10,760 bases of DNA from Candidatus Aenigmatarchaeota archaeon (GTDB taxonomy: Archaea; Aenigmatarchaeota; Aenigmatarchaeia; Aenigmatarchaeales; JACQIB01). Where the stretch lies: the NCBI GenBank assembly GCA_038999215.1, contig JAWABM010000019.1:1-10760 (forward strand), written 5' to 3'. Shown piece after piece: positions 7,234 to 10,760 of the stretch (within the stretch, counting starts at the first letter, position 1; every line of letters starts with the position of its first letter). A program made the position numbers and the translations under genes. Under the pieces are notes generated by a model. It ran no database searches. It was not told the origin of the DNA and was given only the letters and a program-made list of their open reading frames with translations.

Positions 7234-7989
7234 ATGGAAATCAGGTTCCTTGTCGAGCCGGCGCTGCTTGCGGACGGCACCCTTGTCGTGGCGGACCTGC
7301 ACCTGGGCATAGAGGCCGAGCTCGCCAAGAGCGGTGTCAACATACCGTCGCAGATGCCCTCTGTCCAGAAGAGGATAGAAAACCTCATCGGCAGCACGAA
7401 GGCAAAGCATCTCGTAATCCTTGGCGACGTGAAGCACAACGTGCCCGGCTTCAGCTGGAACGAGAGGAAGGAGCTGCCGGGCTTCCTGGCGGCGCTCGCA
7501 TCAAAGGCCAGGCTCTCCATAGTGAAGGGCAACCATGATGGCGGCATCGAGGCGCTCGCCCCGGAGGGCGTGAAGGTCTACGGCCCCGGCGGCTTCAGGC
7601 TCGGAGACATCGGCTTCGTGCACGGCCACGCTTGGCCGTCCCCAAGGCTGCTTTCCTGCAGGACGCTCGTCATCGCGCACTCCCACCCGTCGGTGGAGTT
7701 CTTCTCGTCCGGCGCGCGGGTGACCGAGCACGTGTGGCTCCGCTGCCCTGTCGACAGCAAGGTCATGGAGGGGCATTACGGCCGCCCTTGCGGGATAGAG
7801 GAAGCCATAATCATGCCCGCCTTCAATCCGCTCAGCGGCGGCTCGGCCTTCAATTCAGAGGGCTTCAGGCCCATCGGCCCGCTCCTTGCTAACAGCGCGG
7901 TCGCCTGGCGCGAATCCAAGGTCTATCTTCTCGACGGCACCTATCTCGGCGCGCTTGAAAAGCTTAAGAGCAGGGAAGGCAAAGATTAG
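7234..7989 (+). CDS. Metallophosphoesterase, SbcD/Mre11-related (COG1407; MPE/PdeM-like), probable DNA nuclease
   Basis: Motifs ADLHLG, LGDVKH, KGNHD, HGH, AHSHP, MPAFNPLSGG. Start moved from 7216 to ATG 7234 (251 aa) on the basis of TATA spacing. Confidence 0.88.
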   Translation: MEIRFLVEPALLADGTLVVADLHLGIEAELAKSGVNIPSQMPSVQKRIENLIGSTKAKHLVILGDVKHNVPGFSWNERKELPGFLAALASKARLSIVKGNHDGGIEALAPEGVKVYGPGGFRLGDIGFVHGHAWPSPRLLSCRTLVIAHSHPSVEFFSSGARVTEHVWLRCPVDSKVMEGHYGRPCGIEEAIIMPAFNPLSGGSAFNSEGFRPIGPLLANSAVAWRESKVYLLDGTYLGALEKLKSREGKD

Positions 7990-7991
7990 GC

Positions 7992-8276
7992 ATGGCGCTG
8001 GAAGCCGTATTCGGTTCCGTCTTTACGATACTGATAGCGGTGCTGGCCTTCATAATAATCTGGAAGATATTCAAGAACCTCCTCGGCGCGATAATACCTG
8101 CAGTGCTCCTGTTTGTCGTGCTCTGGGTGTTCGGCGGGTTGATGGGGACTATCCTCAGCATGATCTTAGTGATAATCGTCTTCATACTGATTTGGAAGGT
8201 CTTCAAAAGGCTGATCGCCGCGCTCGTCCTTTCGGTCATCCTGTTCTTGCTGCTCTATTTCATGGGCTGGATATGA
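7992..8276 (+). CDS. Small membrane protein (about 4 TM helices) built from two 44-aa repeats
   Basis: 94 aa, almost entirely hydrophobic; FIxIWKxFKxL occurs twice; starts after a 2-nt gap following the phosphoesterase stop. Confidence 0.85.
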   Translation: MALEAVFGSVFTILIAVLAFIIIWKIFKNLLGAIIPAVLLFVVLWVFGGLMGTILSMILVIIVFILIWKVFKRLIAALVLSVILFLLLYFMGWI

Positions 8277-8673
8277 GCCTCCTGTATTCCTTGTGCAGAG
8301 CGTCCACTTCGCGCATGCCTATGCGAACTGTCTTGAGTCCACCTTTGCCGTCGAACACCTTTGCTTTGTGATTCACTAGCGCTCCGGAGAACGTCTTCGG
8401 TATGTGGAGCAGCTCGTGTATGAGCGTCTTCTCCTTCTCCTCCTCGCTGAACCTGTCGAACCTCTCGGATATGACCTCTATGACGTAATGCGCCTCTATG
8501 CCCAAAGCCTTCTTCCATATCCTCGGCATGCTCCATATCCTTGCGCAGGCCCTGCTCGAGCTCCCGCTCGAGCGCATGCAAGCGACCCGTTGCGTGTCTA
8601 TGTGGTGCATCCGGAGGCCGCTCACTATCTTCTCCACCTTCTCCTTCACGTCAGGCGCTGGCTCGAACCTCAT
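8260..8673 (-). CDS. Small HExxH zincin metallopeptidase (COG4900-like)
   Basis: 137 aa; R.S.GS.S..ARIW..P..W..AL....Y.IEVISE.F......K..LIHELLHIP..FSGAL pattern; SD GGGTGG; ATGA overlap with the upstream gene. Confidence 0.85.
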   Translation of the reverse strand: MRFEPAPDVKEKVEKIVSGLRMHHIDTQRVACMRSSGSSSRACARIWSMPRIWKKALGIEAHYVIEVISERFDRFSEEEKEKTLIHELLHIPKTFSGALVNHKAKVFDGKGGLKTVRIGMREVDALHKEYRRLISSP

Positions 8674-9089
8674 ATCGCCACCCTTATTATCCCGAGCACG
8701 CAGGCTATGGCGACCGATATGCCTATGACGAGCGCATATTCCGCCAGGCCGCCTGTGGTTACTGGCCCGCGGAACCTTGGCTTCGGCAGCGGCCAGAAGG
8801 GCATGATGCCCGTATGGGTGAGGGAGTCCGCCAGGAGGTGCGAAGCGAAGCCTATCGCGAACGAAGTCGCTATCTGGTTGTTCATCAGCCCGCTTGCGAA
8901 CCCGCCGATGATAGCCAATCCGAGCGCCCAGAAGTTATGGAGCAATTTCCTGTGCATGAACTTCAGGTCCAGGTCAGGCACCATCGCGCCGATGAGGCTG
9001 AACGCCATCATCAGCATCGGATAGCCGAGCCTCACGTTCAGCGCGAGGAAGAGCAGCGCCCCGAACAGAAGATGGGTCCTTTTCAGCAT
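8670..9089 (-). CDS. Membrane-bound metal-dependent hydrolase, YdjM/DUF457 family (COG1988-like)
   Basis: 139 aa; TH near the N-terminus, PDLD, HRKLLHN, SHLLADSLT, GIMPFWP, with hydrophobic helices between motifs. Confidence 0.9.
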   Translation of the reverse strand: MLKRTHLLFGALLFLALNVRLGYPMLMMAFSLIGAMVPDLDLKFMHRKLLHNFWALGLAIIGGFASGLMNNQIATSFAIGFASHLLADSLTHTGIMPFWPLPKPRFRGPVTTGGLAEYALVIGISVAIACVLGIIRVAI

Positions 9090-9141
9090 ATGCCTTATAT
9101 TGCGGCGCTTGCTTTAAATCCTTTGCCGCCGAACTTTTTTC
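9090..9141. promoter_or_regulatory. Shared bidirectional TATA for the YdjM-like gene and the 108-aa ORF
   Basis: TTTAAA at 9113-9118, 24 bp from ATG 9089 (-) and 24 bp from ATG 9142 (+). Confidence 0.6.
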
Positions 9142-9468
9142 ATGTTTTACGTGCTTGAGCTTGAGGGCTGCCCTCTCAGGGAATGCAGGTTCAGGACTGA
9201 TATGACCCAAAGGCTGGTCATGACTGAGGAAAGGCGCAACAGGATTCAGCTTGCCCCGGAATTCCGTGTGCTGGATGAAAATTTGAGATGCTACTGCACA
9301 GGCTCGATGCGGATGAATGGCATCCCGGAGCCGGTTGAAGTGGAGTTCGAGCGCAACATTGGGAGGGGCTGCTGTCTCAGGTTGCGCAAGGACCAGGTAA
9401 CCGAGGAATACCTTGACAAGATTTCCAGGTATTTCGAGGCCAAGCGCGTCCTGGAATCGGACGTCTAG
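9142..9468 (+). CDS. Hypothetical protein, 108 aa, 6 Cys
   Basis: Fills the gap exactly; TATA at leaderless spacing; its TAG overlaps the nurA TAG in the palindrome CTAG (9465-9468). No recognised family. Confidence 0.7.
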   Translation: MFYVLELEGCPLRECRFRTDMTQRLVMTEERRNRIQLAPEFRVLDENLRCYCTGSMRMNGIPEPVEVEFERNIGRGCCLRLRKDQVTEEYLDKISRYFEAKRVLESDV

Positions 9469-10574
9469 AACGGCCTCTGCTCCCTTCTGAGCCTTATAAG
9501 TCCGGACATCGCTCCGACGCTGTCCGTTATCTGGTCGTATATCGCGCCTGCGTCGGCCTCGCTTATCTTCGCCCTCACGTCGGCCTCTATCAGCGGAGCT
9601 GGGAAGCCGTAGCTCGGGTTGCACACTGTCGCGAGGACGAGGCCGGCTATCTTATCGGCGGTCGCGCATATCACTTCCGCCTCGTAGGCAGCGCTGTAGA
9701 AATCTATGCGCACGGGCCTGTCGAACTGCGCGGTCTTCAGGTAGAAGCTGTAGATGTTCCTGCCGAACTGCCCGAGGCTGTTCAGGACCGGGTGCTCCTG
9801 GCTGTTCTTGGCATAGGTGAAGACGAACGTCCTCTCTCCCTCCTCGAGCATATGGTGAAGTATGTTCGTGTCGCGGGCCCCGTCCATTATGCGCCTGAGC
9901 TCGTCCACCTTCACGCTCCTGACCTTCGAGAGCATCTCCTCCGAGACTATCTCGCAGAAGCGCCTGCCGCGCGTGTCCTCTATGCAGCCGGCCAGCATCC
10001 CTCCTGCGCTCGCCATGTACAGCCGCTTGTAGCTCTCGACCATCCTGTCGTACATCGGAGCCGCCTTGCTTCCTTTCCCGGGCACGTCCGAGGAATGCGG
10101 CACTATTGATCCGTCCATCAGCACGAGGTTCGGCTTGTATTTCTCGAAGCATTGGCACGCGGCCTCCACCTCGCCTGTTGCGCGGAGCAGGCCAGAGCTT
10201 ACCGCGAACTCCTCGTCCGAATACGGATCCGATGCTATGAATATCGCAGGCCCGACTATAGGGCTCGGGAAGTATTCCACTCCCTTGAGCCCGCCTTTCT
10301 CGTAATCGAACACGGCCGCGACTGCGCGCGTGATTATCATGTCCAGGCCGTGGCAGGCCTTCTGGCTCAGCCCGCCATCAACGCCCGCGACAATGCGCTT
10401 CTCTAACGGATCTCTCGCGACCTTCCGCGAAAGGAACGGCTCGAGCACGTCCTTCCTTTTCAGGCTGAAGGTGGGCTTGAGCTCCCTGAGAAAAACACCG
10501 AGCCTCTCCCTGTCGTTTTCTACCTCCCTCACCTTTTCGGCTATCGCCGGTATCTGTTCCGAGAGCGAGTGCAT
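9465..10574 (-). CDS. nurA: NurA 5'-3' nuclease (DNA double-strand break repair)
   Basis: VAGVDGG (first catalytic Asp), E in ATGEVEAA, VLMDGSI (second Asp), RD, FYLK, PVRIDF, GFPAPLIEADVRAKI; same locus as herA/mre11/rad50. Start set at ATG 10574 (369 aa) because the 10607 start of the track runs through the TATA box. Confidence 0.9.
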   Translation of the reverse strand: MHSLSEQIPAIAEKVREVENDRERLGVFLRELKPTFSLKRKDVLEPFLSRKVARDPLEKRIVAGVDGGLSQKACHGLDMIITRAVAAVFDYEKGGLKGVEYFPSPIVGPAIFIASDPYSDEEFAVSSGLLRATGEVEAACQCFEKYKPNLVLMDGSIVPHSSDVPGKGSKAAPMYDRMVESYKRLYMASAGGMLAGCIEDTRGRRFCEIVSEEMLSKVRSVKVDELRRIMDGARDTNILHHMLEEGERTFVFTYAKNSQEHPVLNSLGQFGRNIYSFYLKTAQFDRPVRIDFYSAAYEAEVICATADKIAGLVLATVCNPSYGFPAPLIEADVRAKISEADAGAIYDQITDSVGAMSGLIRLRREQRPF

Positions 10575-10625
10575 AGGTAGGAATGTGCGCTCAATATATA
10601 AAAACACGAGAGGTAATTCAAAGGC
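10575..10625. promoter_or_regulatory. Shared bidirectional TATA for nurA and bud32
   Basis: TATATAAAAA (10595-10604) is centred in the 51-bp spacer between ATG 10574 (-) and ATG 10626 (+). Confidence 0.55.
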
Positions 10626-10760
10626 ATGATCATAGCTCGCGGCGCAGAGGCCGTCCTCACCAGGGGCGACGGAAAGCTAATCAAGGAAAGGGTGAAGAAG
10701 GGCTACCGCATACCAGAGCTCGACGAGCGCATACGCAGGGAGCGCACGCGCCGCGAGGCC
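10626..10760 (+). CDS. bud32: KEOPS complex kinase/ATPase Bud32 (PRPK), N-terminal 45 aa, truncated by the window edge
   Basis: Manual translation MIIARGAEAVLTRGDGKLIKERVKKGYRIPELDERIRRERTRREA matches the Bud32 signature GAEA...K.R..K.YR...LD..IR..RT..EA. Not in the ORF track. Confidence 0.92.
   Translation, partial: MIIARGAEAVLTRGDGKLIKERVKKGYRIPELDERIRRERTRREA

Overview
Compact, GC-rich archaeal chromosomal segment. Archaeal-type ProRS, BRE/TATA promoters and many apparently leaderless genes support this; a DPANN-like lineage is plausible but is only inference. Between proS and the start of the KEOPS kinase bud32 lie all four archaeal double-strand-break end-resection genes (mre11, rad50, herA, nurA). 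They do not form the usual single operon: mre11-rad50 (+) converges on herA (-), and nurA (-) lies about 2.3 kb further on. The gaps hold a second Mre11-like metallophosphoesterase (COG1407/MPE type), an internally duplicated small membrane protein, a HExxH zincin, a YdjM-like membrane hydrolase and three small unknown ORFs. Mre11 has a non-canonical GTHE motif III and an insertion at the position of the eukaryotic latching loop. Three head-to-head gene pairs have 51-53 bp spacers with one central TATA element. No RNA genes, CRISPR arrays or mobile elements were recognised.
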